Below are positions 1 to 13,667 of a stretch of DNA of 64,000 nt, piece after piece. Each line of letters opens with the position of its first letter. The first letter of the stretch is position 1. Source of the stretch: Nageia nagi (lineage: Eukaryota; Plantae; Pinophyta); contig JBITNC010000001.1 in NCBI GenBank assembly GCA_050084985.1, forward strand, positions 156,736,001 to 156,800,000, written 5' to 3'. Made by a program: the position numbers and the translations under genes. Under the pieces are notes generated by a model. The model worked only from the letters and a program-made list of their open reading frames with translations. It did no database searches and was not told the DNA's origin.

Positions 1-2245
1 ATTGATGACTTTAGTAGGATGACCTTTAGGTATCTACTTGAACACAAAGATCAAATCTTTGAGAGTTTCAAGAATTTTAAAGCTTTAGTTAAAAATCAAA
101 CTAACTTTAAAATCAAGATGTTAAGATCAAATAATGGGAGAGAATATAATAGCAATGAGTTCAATGTTTATTGTACTAAGTATAGAATCAAGAGGCAGTT
201 TAAAATTCTATACACTCCTTAGTAGAATGGTGTTCCTAAAAGGAAAAATAGAATAATTATAAAGATGGCTAGATACATGCTAGGTAATCTTTCTATTTTC
301 TTGTAGGGTGAAGCTATGAGCACTATTATTTACACCTTGAATAAGTGTCCCACAAAAATCATTTAGGGTAAAACTTCTTTTGAAGCATGGTCAAGAAGAA
401 AACCTAACATTTCTCACCTTAGGGTATTTGGTTGTAAAGCATTCTCTTACATTATTTTTAAAAAAATTAAATAAAAGAGCTGAAAAATACATCTTTATGG
501 GTTATGATAGTTAGCATAGAGGCTATAGGCTCTACTCTCCATCCTACAAAGCCATGTTTGTTTTTAGAGATGTAAAGTTCAATGAACTTCCTAAAGAATC
601 TACTTCTAATGAGGATGTTGATGATCTGGAGGTCTTTTCAATTGCACCTAGTTGGTTAGATATTGATGTAGACAAATCACTTTAAGAATAAAACTCTCCA
701 ACTCAAAGGATAACAAGGAGCATGACCTTGAACAAATCTTTATTTACCAAAATTGACAACAAACATGAGCCCTCAACCTTCAAAGAAGCTTCTAAGCATG
801 AGTACTAGATAGAAGCTATGAAAGTGGACTATGAGGTGTTTATAAAAAATAAAACTTGAGATTTGGTTCCTTATCCCAATGAGAAGAATATGATTGGAAT
901 TCTGTTGGAGATATTAAGAAATACAAAGTAAGGTTAGTAGCCAAAGGTTTTTCTCAGAAATATAATGTTGATTATGAGAAAACCTTTGCTTCCATGGTAA
1001 AAATGCCTACTATGAGAATTATCCTTGTTCTTTCTATAGCTTAAGGATAGAAAGTTTTTCAACTTGATGTCAAGAGTGCATTTCTCAATGGTGACTTAGA
1101 TGTGAAAATTTTCATGAATCAACTAGAAGGCTTCATTGTGGAAGGCAAAGAGTCCTTTATGTGCATGCTAAAGAAGTCTTTATATGGAATTAAATAAGCA
1201 CCTAAAGCATGGTAAAGGAAGATTTCTAGGTACTTTGTAGACATTGGTTTCTTCAAGTATTTTTTTGACTCTAATCTTGATCTATATATGCTCAATCAGA
1301 GAAATAATGTGGTCTTGATTCTCCTTTATGTGAATGACCTTTTGATTACTAGAATAATGATGAAATCATTCAAGAATACATATCCAAATTTAAGGAAACA
1401 TTTGAAATGATTGATCTTGGTCTCTTACATTACTATCTTGGAATGCAAATGTATCAATACAAAGATCGTACTTATCTCAATCAATCTAAATATATATTAG
1501 ACATATTGAAAAAGTTTGGAATGGAAGAGTGTAGATATGCTGCAATCCTAGTCTCTCCTAGAATCATTATTTCTCTGAGCTCCAACTCTCCACTAGCTAA
1601 TGCTATAGCTTATAGGCAATCAATTGGTAGTCTTTTATATCTAACTATTTATAGGCTAGATTTTGCATTTACAATTAATTTGATGGCATGATTTATGTAG
1701 AAATCATATGTTGAGCACCTCAATGTTATTAAAAAAATGCAAAGGTATGTTGCAGACACAAAAGATCTTACTCTCAAGTATTCTAAGTTGCCCTCATTTG
1801 TTCTCTCAGGGTTCTTAGATTCTAACTATGTTTTTAGCATTGATTCAGGTGTCATATCTTGAGCTTCCAAGAAGGAGCCTACTATTTCTCTTTCCACCAT
1901 AGAAGCCAAATACTATGCCATGTCTTTTGCAGCCCAAGAAGTTATTTGGCTAAGGCATCATCTAAAAGAAATTAGGTATGAGCAAGGTGACTCATCTTTG
2001 ATTTCTTCAGATAATCAGTTGGCTATTTTTTTGGCTAAGAATCTTATGTTCTATCAAAGAACAAAACATGTGGAAATCTAAGCCTATTTTATCAGAAAGA
2101 AGGTCCTTGATGGCATCATACACCTGGATTATTATTCATCTACCTTGAACTCTACTAATTTATTCACCAAGCTCCTTCCTGAAGCTTAGTTTTGTAAGCT
2201 TAAGGATGTTATCAGGTTGGTGAAGTTACCCTCAAGGGGGAGTGA
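1..2245 (+). pseudogene. Ty1/Copia pol remnant (integrase core, RT, RNase H), cut by the window start
   Basis: IDDFSRMT...IKMLRSNNGREY (integrase), YKVRLVAKGFSQ and F.LDVKSAFLNGDL (RT), MIDLGLLHYYLGMQ, YRQSIGSLLYL, RTKHVEI, NLFTKLL (RNase H); many stops and frameshifts. Confidence 0.95.
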
Positions 2246-2966
2246 AGTTTGAATTATTATGTTGAATTCATGTTTGTGATGACAACTTCACCCCTAGGAG
2301 GATTTTATGCTGTACAATGTTAATTTTTTTGTACACCTTCATGGTAAGTTCACTCTGCATGAGGAAATTGTACAAATTTTTTAAAGCAAAAAGATTGGCC
2401 AATCTAGCACTGTTTAGTTATCCATGTGTTAGGAACTCTTATGTATATTTTGGCACTATTTAGTTATCCATATGTGAGGAAATCGTATGTGCATGCTCTA
2501 TTTTGTAATGATAATCAACACATGTTTTATATACAGCAGGTGACTATGAGTTTTGGCTTGGCATCTTCGTGGTGACTTATAGTGCACCATTGATGAGTTC
2601 ATGATGGCATTTTGTGTGATTCATCTATCCTAATTTATATGAATTTGTTGCATCTAACTAATCTTATTATTTGAGCTACTTATGACTTGAAAGTTCCTTT
2701 GAGATTGTAGGTTAATTACTTCAAGTATGTAGGCTTTTGAAGACTCTTCATGACTTCCAGTTGGATGACTACTTCATGTACATTGAAATCGATTGTTGTT
2801 AATGATTGTATTTGGTAAAGTAGTGAGTTTCAAACTAGATATTTTTTACTTTACAAATATTTAAAAAGTTCTCATCTTCAGTTGTATCTATTTGGATGAG
2901 AATTCTCTTACTTTCTCCCCTTCTTCTCTCTTATTCACTCTATTCTAATATTGCATTAAGGGGGAG

Positions 2967-3451
2967 TGTTGAAATGTATAATGCATTATTGTAAAGGTTA
3001 TGTAATAATATTCTATGTAAGTTCACTAATACTTAAGGGTATCATTTGATACCTTAAGTATTTAAGTGAATATGATAATGTAACTTGTCCTACACTCCAT
3101 GTCATGAGCATGCCCCTTGGGTAAAAGAATGTGCATGTCATGCTTTTGTACATTGGGTAAAAGGGTGATCCAAAGAGGGATTTTGACCTATAAATAGAAG
3201 GTTCCCTCTTTGGATCATACATCAATTTGTGAAGTAAAGTTATGTTATAAGATAGTGTCTAAGAGATGAGATTAGGAGATTTGTAAGAGTTCATATTGTG
3301 AATGAAGTGAGATCTAGTTAGTGGATGTACTCCTAGTTAGAGGAACCACTTACATCTTGAGTTATCTTTGTGAGTTATTTAGATGTGATTTGTGAGCTTA
3401 CATGTGATCTTGAGATTTTAGAGTTTTTTAGTTTATAGTTCAACTCTCACA
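2967..3451 (+). mobile_element. LTR of the first Copia element, preceded by a PPT and followed by a tRNA-Met PBS
   Basis: PPT AAGGGGGAG 2958-2966, TGTTG start, TATA-like CCTATAAATAG ~3187, ends TCACA, then TGGTATTAGAGC 3454-3465. Confidence 0.75.
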
Positions 3452-3509
3452 TTTGGTATTAGAGCTTAGTGTGAAAGCTCTTCTTCTTGGTGCTCTTCAT
3501 TCCCCATAC

Positions 3510-3547
3510 TAATATGCAAGAAGAAACCTAATATGCAAGAAGAAACC
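3510..3547. repeat. Perfect 19-bp tandem duplication
   Basis: TAATATGCAAGAAGAAACC x2. Confidence 0.95.
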
Positions 3548-3990
3548 AAATGGTATTGACCAGGTTCTTGAAGTGATCCAAACATTTACCTAGGTAAGAA
3601 TGTTCTTACTTGCTCCAAGGTTGTGCAATGCAATGATGGTTATAAGTCTCTCAGTAGAGAGAGATCTTTAAACAAATACCAATCACCAAGGAAAATTTAT
3701 AAAAAAATAATAAAAATTCACACTTTGAAAGTAGTGTGATCTTAAATCCTAGGTTTTACAAATTTCTACAGGTTTGTGATAAGCTAAATTGATAATCTTA
3801 ATACAAAAAATCTAGTATTTGGTCAAATAAGTCCTAACTAACTATTTTAAAATGTGGTTTGAACCACATTTAGATTGAGTTTTTTTTTATAGAAAAAAGA
3901 TCTATTTTTAGATATATTCACATCTTGTAGTTTCTCCCATACATAGTTGTGTCTCATACTAGATGTAGTTACATCTCCTAGAACAAAAAT

Positions 3991-4188
3991 TTTGAAATCA
4001 ATGACCAAATGTTGTTATATGATAATAAAAATAAGCATCATATTGGGAAATTATGAATTCAATGGCTTGAACCTTACATTTTCCATAATATAAAAGGGGA
4101 AGGAACCGTACAATTATGAACACTAGATGGAAATATTCGACTAGGTTTTGTTAATGGTCATAGATTAAAGACATATACTACTTGGTAA
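3991..4188 (+). pseudogene. Ty3/Gypsy (Athila/Tat-like) integrase C-terminal GPY/F-domain remnant
   Basis: Manual translation FEINDQMLLYDNKNKHHIGKL*IQWLEPYIF...GTVQL*TLDG...FVNGHRLKTY matches the KL..W.GPY...VNG.RLK.Y pattern. Confidence 0.8.
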
Positions 4189-5111
4189 AATGCTAAAATC
4201 CAATAAACACATAGAAGCAACACATAAATGCATTTGTAACACAATTTATTAGATTAGTTAAAGTAGATAATCAAAAAAATTCTTGGATGTTTAATTTTAC
4301 ATTTGCCCACACATCCCACACATAATCCTTATTAAGTTGGTGAGTATACAAAACACAAAATTAATTATAGGATTCATATCAAAACTGGACAAAAAACACA
4401 TTAGCTTGCACATTCATAAAACAAAAATGATGTCACATCATGACTTGCAGCCACACAAAATTGATGAACCACCACCTCTATTAACCATTTCACTGCTACT
4501 GCTCACTATGGGGGTGATGAAAACTAGGTGGCAACTCCCAAATAACATAGAAATTCACTCCCTAGGATAGTACCACTAACGCATCAGCTAATTTTGACAT
4601 CGTTTCCTATTCTTGAGCTTCCCAGTAGTGTTCTGCTATAAACTAGAGCATTTGTTCCAAGTGCAACTATGAGATTTTGCCACCTTCCAACAACTTTATC
4701 ATTGCCACTTCTTGCTCCATCACCCCAAATATGTTGAAGATAGACCAAATAAAAATAAATAAAGAAAAATAACATAGAGTTAATGATTTGGTCTTAAAAA
4801 AATATTTAAAGTACCATCAAGATTTAAATATTTTTTTAAGACCAAATGATTAAAAAATACCAAAATGGTGAGGGTGAAGGAGTCAAAAAGGGCTCCTTGA
4901 CAAGTGTGATGTCCACATTATGAGAAGGATAACCAATGGAGAGTACATATTCATAAGAATGAAAAGACAATGATCTCGTGCCACCTTTCATATTAATGAT
5001 GAACCTGAGTATGAGGTCACCATAAAGCAAAGGATTACGATAATAAAAATACAGTTCAAGTGGAATAATTACTGCCACCTTACCAATAAAGTAATATCAA
5101 ACCAAAGGATA

Positions 5112-5490
5112 ATGGGAGGGGTGCTGGTATTCATGGAGCCGAGTGATCTAGGTAAAATAAAAAAAGATCCCCATGATTGGAGAATTTTATGTAGGGGATT
5201 TCTAGATAGGTTTATTCAAGCATGTAGAGCTCAAAGTCATCAGAGATTGGCAAATTATGTAGTAAATACATGGGAGAATAGGGTTTGCAAAATTCATAGA
5301 AGGGAATTTCACTTCAATGAATCAACTATTGTAGAAGCTACAGGCCTTTCGAATAGAGGCAAGGAGGTGAAGTGAAATTCAAAGGTAAGAAAGATTAAGG
5401 AGGTTCAAAAAATTGAAGGGGGGCAAATTTGTTTGGAATAATATAGAACATGGTATTATAGAAGAAGTCTTCCCTACCCATGGTATAAAG
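5112..5490 (+). pseudogene. Accessory ORF remnant downstream of the Gypsy integrase (env-like position)
   Basis: ORF MGGVLVFMEP...REFHFNESTIVEATGLSNRG; the I.EATGL..G motif resembles plant retrotransposon accessory ORFs; ~0.9 kb downstream of the integrase stop on the same strand. Confidence 0.45.
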
Positions 5491-6144
5491 TAAGGTACTA
5501 ATGTTTCTTTTGCCTCCTACTATGGCATTAGCGACCAAATAGTGATGCAAGATTTAAAGCAGTTGTGTTTCTATCTAAACACAGTTGCATCTCTAGCTAG
5601 ACGTAGTTACTTCTCATGATCTATGCACTCTAAAACTTGCAACATAACCTACAAACAAGCCTCTGCTCCCAAATGTGGTTAAGTCTAGTACCAGACATGG
5701 TGGGTACTAAATTTCACAAAAAAGCATAATCATACTCCAAGTTTTGTAGATATGATTTCTCCCTTTCGAGAGGTTCTCTTGCCTAAAAATACTCAAAGTT
5801 TTTCCATTAGATCATAAGAATTATAAATTTAATCACATCTTGATAAGTGAATTTAAAAAATAAGAAATGGGGGTTTGGAGGGAAACTCAAAAAATAGCAA
5901 ATATGAATTCCAACCAGAAAGATGTTCACGTCGAGTTCACCACTTAATATGGACCAAAATTCATGCTATGAGTGCACTAAAATACATAAATGAATTAACA
6001 ACACATATGAACCTCAATTCTACATAAAATATATTTCAAACTTAGACATATGGATAAATATTGGGTTAAATATTTGATTTAAACCTTCAATTATGCTGCC
6101 AAAACTTGTAATTAAATGTTAAATACAACATAAATTCAACATAA

Positions 6145-8318
6145 TGTTGAGCAAGGTACAGTGACATAGTTGTCATTATTGTCAACACACATATTGGATG
6201 AGCTCAGTGGTGGTGCACATGTGTTTGGATAGATTGGATTAGTGGTGGTTAGGTCAGCATGCTCATTTTGATATTAGGATAGTGTTTGTAGAGTTAGATA
6301 AGCATTTGAAGATGTCTGGAACATGGCTTTGAACAACTTTTTGCAATAGTTTGACAAGTCTATTTTTTATGGGTCAAACAAAAAAATAGCATCTAAGGCA
6401 CTTTTGTACGAGTTTGTTTGAGTGATTAGAGATGAATCAAGAGCTGAATTTTACTCAAGATGTAGTTCATAGTATAGAAAAATGTGTTTAAAATTTCACA
6501 TGAATTAGAGTTATGAGCTGGAAATTCCAATCAATGAGAAAACTACAATATTTATCTCTGTTGCTTGGATTTGAATTTTGTCAAATCCTACACCTTCAAG
6601 GAGGTGAAAGGAACAATTTTATCATTTTGGTATTTTTCCAAAAATGCCCCAAAGTATGAGAATATGTAATGTGTGCAAAGCTAGGCATGTGAAGTGTTTG
6701 ACGAAATGCTTGTAAAATTAGCATGAGAGGCCACTTTGTATAAGGTACAACGAGCAATCCAAGAGGGGTTATGTGGAAAAATTAAACCCAATGGTAGTCA
6801 ATAAATCGAAGATCATATGTATCCAAAGTTCAAAGTATATTGATGTTTGGTGTGAAATTTATAATCATCTCAAAATGTTGATTTATCATATTTTCCTATT
6901 TTTTCTAGACTTGTTATGCAAACTATGACAAAATATCTACAAATATTTGTTGGAAGCTATTTTGCGACTACTCTGTGCAATCCATGAGGATTTAGTCTCT
7001 CAAATTTTGTCTAGTTGTAGCAGTTGTGAGGAGAACACATGGTTCAAATTTCATGTTGAATGGAGTATCCATGAAGAAGATATGGCCACTCAAAAATGCC
7101 TTTAAAGCTCAATTTTACTGTATTTTCTAGTTGTGGTATGCAAATTGTTTCACAATTTGTCTCTGGAAATTATATGGGGCAATTTAATTAAATCATTAGC
7201 ACACACAAGCCTGTGATGTGTTTAAAAAATTCCTCCATTTGTAATTGAGGTGGATTTGATGATGCTTACGAATTGTTCAACAAAATGAAGACCATAGACA
7301 AAATGACATGTGGCATGTTTTTTCTAATCTTGGGAAACCTGAATGGATGATTTTTCAGTTACTCTATCATGGATAGTCGTTGAAAACAAGAAAAGATTAA
7401 TGATTTGGTGAAAAAAAAAGTTTAATGAATATAGTGGCAATTACAAAAGAGTTTTTTCAATTTTCTTTTATGGGTGTACTTTGAAAAAAGAGGGTATTTT
7501 GTAGTGACATTTTTTTTTCAACTGCTCTTTTCTTGGTTTTTCAATTTTGAGAATGAAAAAAAAAAATAGAAGAGATGCATGGTATGGCGAAATGGCTAAG
7601 TGAATGTGGAGTTTCTTTTGAGCTATGAGTTTTTGGTACTATGAAGAATCTAGAGTTACTAGGTGTAGAAAAATTGCAAACATAGATATGTATGTGAATG
7701 ATATGGAAGAAAGGGGAAGAGAACACAATAGCAAGTAATGCACAACTTGAAAGAATATCATGAAAAATTTATTTTGTATTGATTTTGTGAACAAGCTAAA
7801 AATTAGATTTGTGAATATTATTTTGAGTTAATCAGTTTTGAAGGGATGACATAGTTTTGATAAGTAAAGGGGTAGTAGTTGTAATTTAGTTTTGTGAGTG
7901 AATTATTTGACAGAAGATGAGCAAGGAAAGTATGAGCTAGACCATTCAGGGTATTTAGGAATTGTGATCACTTTTTTTGTTACAGCTTTAAGATTTTGTC
8001 AAGTGGGTGATTAGCAATCAAAGTTGATGCTCCATGAAGGTTGAATCGAGAGGTAGTCGATGCTACCTTTTATATTCAATGTTGTGAATTTGTAAGATCA
8101 TATTTATGGTTGGATTTGGATTGGATTCCAAGTAATCATTTTTGAGGATGTACCCAAATTGGTGAACCTCATTATATCTTATGTTGTATATTATTTTTGA
8201 TGTGCTTGTTCATTTGATTTCAATTTTGCATCACCTTGATTTTAAAACTTAAAAATATGAGTTTAGTTTTTAGACACACTAATTCATCCCCTCTCTCAGT
8301 GTCACATGAAGTTCAATA
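6145..8318 (+). repeat. 5' LTR of the SIRE-like element
   Basis: TGTTGAGCAAGG...GAAGTTCAATA, colinear with 13668-15925. Confidence 0.93.
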
Positions 8319-8320
8319 AT

Positions 8321-8332
8321 TGGTATCAGAGC
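8321..8332 (+). promoter_or_regulatory. Primer binding site (tRNA-iMet)
   Basis: TGGTATCAGAGC 2 nt after the LTR end. Confidence 0.95.
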
Positions 8333-8383
8333 TTTGATGCCTGAACATGCTTAATCAGCTAAGGGGATCTTAGGTGTGACAAT

Positions 8384-11300
8384 ATGGCTACAGGTGAAGG
8401 TTTCTCCTCAAACAAGGTACCATTTTTCAATGGAACAAACTATGCTTTTTGGATACTCAAGATGCAAACATATATGTGTTTTTTAGGATATGATAATTAG
8501 GCTTCCGTACAAAATGGATATATGCCACCTACAACTACAGTGATTGATCCTACTGATAAGAAACTCTTGAAAAATGACTCAAAGCCCAAGAATGCTTTAA
8601 TGTGTGGATTAGTAGATAATGAACTAGTTATGGTTATGACATGCAATATAGCAAAAGAAATTTGGGATAAATTGAAAATTATTCATGAAGGAGATGATAA
8701 GATCAAGGAGGCCAAACTTCATATTCATTGAGCTCAATTTGAAGGTCTAAAAATGAATGAAGATGAAACAATTGAATCTTACATGCTAATGATAAATGAA
8801 ATCATCAATGCTATCAGAGGACTTGGTGAGAAAATCAAAAATTTGATCATTTTCAAGAAGGTATTAAGATCTCTTTCTGAAAAGTTTAATTCTAAAGTTT
8901 CTACCATAGAAGAAGCTAAAGAAATGAATACTTTTTCAATGGATGAGCTGCATGGCTCTCTAACTATTTGTGAAATGAAGATAGGAAAGGGAAAATATAT
9001 TGACAGGGAAGCTACATTCAAGAAAAAGAAGAAAACAAAAGTAATGCCAGAATCCGATGAAGAAGAGACATTCGATGAAATGGAAGCAAACTTTGTTTGC
9101 AAATTAAACAATGGAGGTAAAGGTGAATATAAAGGAAAGGTACCATTTAAATATTTCAATTATGGAGGCATAGGGCATTTTATAGTGAAATGTCCACACA
9201 ATGAGAAGAGAAAAAATGATGAAAGTATGCACAAAGCGAGAAGTGGCAAGAATACAAAATTGAATTTCAGAAAAGGTAATTTCAAGAAGAAAAGTTTTAT
9301 TTTCGAGAACATTAGTTCATGAAAAGCCAACTCAAATGAAGATTCAAAACAAGAATTTGATGAAGCTCTCTTCATGGTGTTTGAAGAGAAAAAACCATAA
9401 ATGAAATAAAAATTGGAAGAAGAAATAAATGAAGAAGAATTAAAGCAGAAGTCAATTTGGAAGGAGAACTAATTGCAGCTCTAGAAGAATTAGAGATAGA
9501 AAGAAAAAGGCATAGGAAAACTTCTCAAAAACTTGATGATGTGAATGAAAGTCATAACCTTAAAAGTGCAAGTAAAAGAAATACGAAACATAACTGAAGA
9601 TATTGAAGAACAACTCACTACCAAAGTTGAGCACTAAAGCAAATTGGAAGTAGAGAGTATAGGGTTGAGTCTTCAACTAGAAGAGATGGATCATAAGATT
9701 AGTGAGTATCATAAACTTGAGAGAGGATCATTAAAGTTAGATGAAATGCTAAAGAGCCAAATATTGCTAAATATTAAAATTATTTTGGGTTTTGAAGAAG
9801 GAAAAACCTCTAAATATATGGATAAAAAATTAGAATTCAAGAAAGAAAAGAAATCGGTCAATCAAGCAAAACCATGTTATGCAAAGCAAAATAACATTGA
9901 TAGAAATGATAGGGATATAAATAATGATGGATTCACACATGTTGCTCATCAAAGGAGAAGAAGATTTTTAGCATCTCCTGTAATGTGGCAAAGCCCACAA
10001 CCCAGGATCACTCAATCCTTCTCTGATTATTGTTTTAAGTGCAATGGGTATAGACATAGAATATCTGAGTGCAAATATAATATAATTCCAAGAAACTTCT
10101 CAAGTAGAAATACATTTGCACCATTGATGGATTATGCTATAGAATGTTATAACTATCACGCCTATGATCACATTACAAGAAACTGCAGGAGTACATTCTC
10201 TTCCAATCAATTTCAATGAAGATCTTTTCAATCATAGAGCATGAGACAAAATAAAAAGATTCTAGAGAGATAGGTACAACAAACCAAACAAAAAGAGACA
10301 ATACAGGAAACCAAGATAAGTGTTAAGAAGGAATGGAAAGAAAAGGAAAAGTCAAAAGAAAAAAAATAATCCTTGATAGTACAAACAGCTCTTAAAGCAC
10401 AAGATAAACCAATTCCATGGATACTAAATAATGGATGCTCAAGTCATATGATAGGTGATAAACAAAAATTTGAAAAGTTACAACAATATGAAGGAGGTCT
10501 GATCAAATTTGGGAACAATGATGGAGCAAAGATAGTTGGTAAAGGCATAGTGAAGATAAGTGATGGTAAAATTAGATCAAAAGAGGTTATATTTATGATT
10601 GGTCTAAAACATAACTTATTGAGTATGAGTTAGATTTGTGACAGAGGTCATGATATGATTTTTAATAAGTAGAGCTACAAAATCATACGAGAAGATAATG
10701 GTAAATTAGTATAAATTGGTACAAGGACTTTCAAAAATTTGTATACACTGACAAAGACTTTAGAGGGATCATGCTTGCTTAGAAAGAAGGATGAAGATTT
10801 TCTTTGGCATAAGATACTTGGACACATCAACTTTGATAACTTAGTCAAAATCAATTTAAAGGGGCAATTTGAGATATCCTAAGTATCGAGAAACCATGAA
10901 ATAGTATTTATTTTTCATGTCAAAAGGGAAAGCTCACCATATCTACTTTCAAGACAAAGTAGTATTATTCTAGCAAACCCTTAGAGCTTGTTCATATTGA
11001 TTTATGTGGTCCTATGAGGATGCAAAGTATAAATGAGGATAAGTACTTCATGCTATGCATAGATTATTATTCTATGATGACATGGATATTATTTTTGAAA
11101 CACAAGTCATAAGCACTTAAAAAATTTGAGACCTTTAAGAACTAAGTAGAAAATTAGGTTGGGAGGAGGATCAAATGTTTGAGATCAGACAAAGGAGGTG
11201 AGTTTATTTTAGATGATTTCAATGAGTTTTGTCATAAGTACGGTATTAGGAGATAATTTTTTACAGCAAGGACACCTCAACAAAATGGTGTGATGGAAAG

Positions 11301-13459
11301 AAAGAATAGGTTAGTTCAAGAAATGGCACATATAATATTGATAGAAAGGAACATAGATGATAGGTTTTGGAAAGAAACAATCCACACAATGATTTATATT
11401 TAGAATAGGTGTATGTTGAGGCCTCATAAGAATAATACACTGTATGAGTTATGGTTCGAAAAAAGGCATTAGCAACATACTTCAAAGTATTTGGGAGTAA
11501 GTGCTACATCAAGAAGATGGAATAAAATCTTGGCAAGTTCAATGATAGAGCAAATAAAGGTATATTCCTTAGTTACTCAACAAAAAGCAAGGCTTACAAG
11601 TGTTATAACAAAATAATAAAAAAAAAATTATTGAGAGTGTAGATATCAAGATTGATGAGATGAGAATACCTCCAAAAAGCAATGATGAAATTTTTCCAAT
11701 CTATCAAGAATACATTGATGTAGATGAGGTAGAGGAACAACAAAAAAAATAACCAAAAAGTGGCTCCAATGATTCACATAGTGATTCAAAAATGAAGGGA
11801 AACCAAAAACACAAAATAGGTAAATCGCAAAAGGATCATCCAAGTGAACAAATAATTGGAGATCTAGATACTAGAGTTCAAATAAGGAGAAGAACAACAA
11901 GAATGTATTCCCTTCTCTCAAGTATAGAACCAAAGAATGTTGCAGAGGCAAGTTAGGATGAGAGTTAGATCAAGGTAATGGATGAGGAGTTAGGCCATAT
12001 TGAAAAGAATTAGACTTGAGAGTTGGTACCAAGGCCTAAGAACAAAAATGTGATTGGCACTAAGTGTATTTTTCATAATAAACTTAATGAAGATGGGAAA
12101 GTGATAAGAAACAAATCAAGGTTGGTTTGCAAAGGGTATGCTCAAGTTGAACCTATTGATTTTGAAGAAACCTTTGCTCTTAGGGCTAGATTAGAGGCTA
12201 TTCACATGTTTCTTTCTTTGGAAGTGTACAAGAACTTCAAGGTTTATTAGATGGATGTAAAATCAACATTTTTGAATGGAAAGCTTGAATAGGAAGTCTA
12301 CATTGAGCGGTTGAATATATTTCAAATACGTGAGAACCCAGATTTTGTGTGCAAATTGAAAAAGGTACTTTATGGTATAAAATAGGCACCCTAACCATCG
12401 TATTTTAAGCTTGATGACTATCTTCATCAGAAAGGGTTTAGAAAAGGTATGGTGGATAGTAATCTCTACATTAAATATAAAAATAGTCACCAAATTATTA
12501 TTGTGGTTTATGTAGATGATATTATTTTTGGAGGTAGCAAGGATAAAATGTGCAAAGATTTTACTAACCAAATGCAAACAAAGTTTGAGATGTCAATGAT
12601 AGGTGAATTTTCTTATTTTCTTGGTTTACAAGTTAATTAGTTGAAGAATGTCATTTTTTTTTGTAAATGAAGTATGTAAAGGAGATGCTAAAAAAGTTCA
12701 CTATGGGGGATTAAAAGCCTATGAGCACTCCTATGATGACATGTTTTAAGCTTAGCAAGGATGATAAGTCCCCATCAATGGATTAGACTATGTACAGGTC
12801 AATTATTGGGAGCTTATTATATCTAAAAGCTACCATACCTAACATACTTCAGGCAATGTGCATGGTTGCACAATTTCAGGTGAGTCCAATGGAGATACAT
12901 ATAATCGTAGTAAAGCAGATTTTTTGATACCTCAAAGGTACAATGGAATACGACCTATGGTATCCCAAGGGTAAGGATTTCATACTCATTATTTTCTTAG
13001 ATGCAAATTAGGTAGGGTGTGTAGATAACAGGAAGAGCACTAGTGGTGGTGCATTTTAGTTGGGTAATAATCTTGTTGGTTGGCACAACAAGAAATAGAA
13101 ATCGATATCATTGTCCATAGCAGAAGCAAAGTACTAGTAGCGATATCTTGTTGTACATAAGTTTTATGGATGAAACAAATGATGAAAGACCTTGGTATAC
13201 AAATTAATGAGCCTATTTCAATGATGTGTGATAATACCAGTACAATCAATATATCAAAAAATTTGGTTATGCACTCACAAACAAAGCATATTGCCATCAG
13301 ATATCATTTTCTAAAAGAAAAGTTGCTAAAAGAGAGGTGAAATTAGAATTTTTTCCAACAATAGATCAAGTAGCAGACATTTTTACAAAGTTGCTACCCA
13401 AGGAAGTCTTTGAGTATTTGCACAAGAAATTGGGAGTTGTCACACTTCCCAAGCATTAA
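8384..13459 (+). pseudogene. Copia gag-pol: extended Gag with coiled coil and three zinc knuckles, then PR, IN, RT, RNase H
   Basis: VPFFNGTNYAFW, AKEIWDKLKIIHEG, knuckles YFNYGGIGHFIVKC / CFKCNGYRHRISEC / CYNYHAYDHITRNC, PR WILNNGCSSHM, LELVHIDLCGP, RNKSRLVCKGYAQ, VYVDDIIFG, TKHIAIRYHFL; multiple stops. Confidence 0.95.
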
Positions 13460-13667
13460 CTCACTTCTAGGTGCACATTCTCAAGGGCAGTGATGTTTAT
13501 TTGTCTCATTTTTATGCTCTTGTTTATTATTTGTACTAATGATTATCTAAGAATGTTGTATGTGGACTCAAGGGGAGTCCTTGATCACCCTTTGTTATTG
13601 TTGAAAAAGAGGGAGGGAAATTCTAGTTGTATGATCATGTGTTGCCAACAATTCCAAAGGGGAAGAT

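Noticed and set aside
5690-5712. Decayed tRNA-Lys PBS on the minus strand (TAGTACCCACCATG)
   Set aside because: Needs four substitutions and has no adjacent CA LTR terminus
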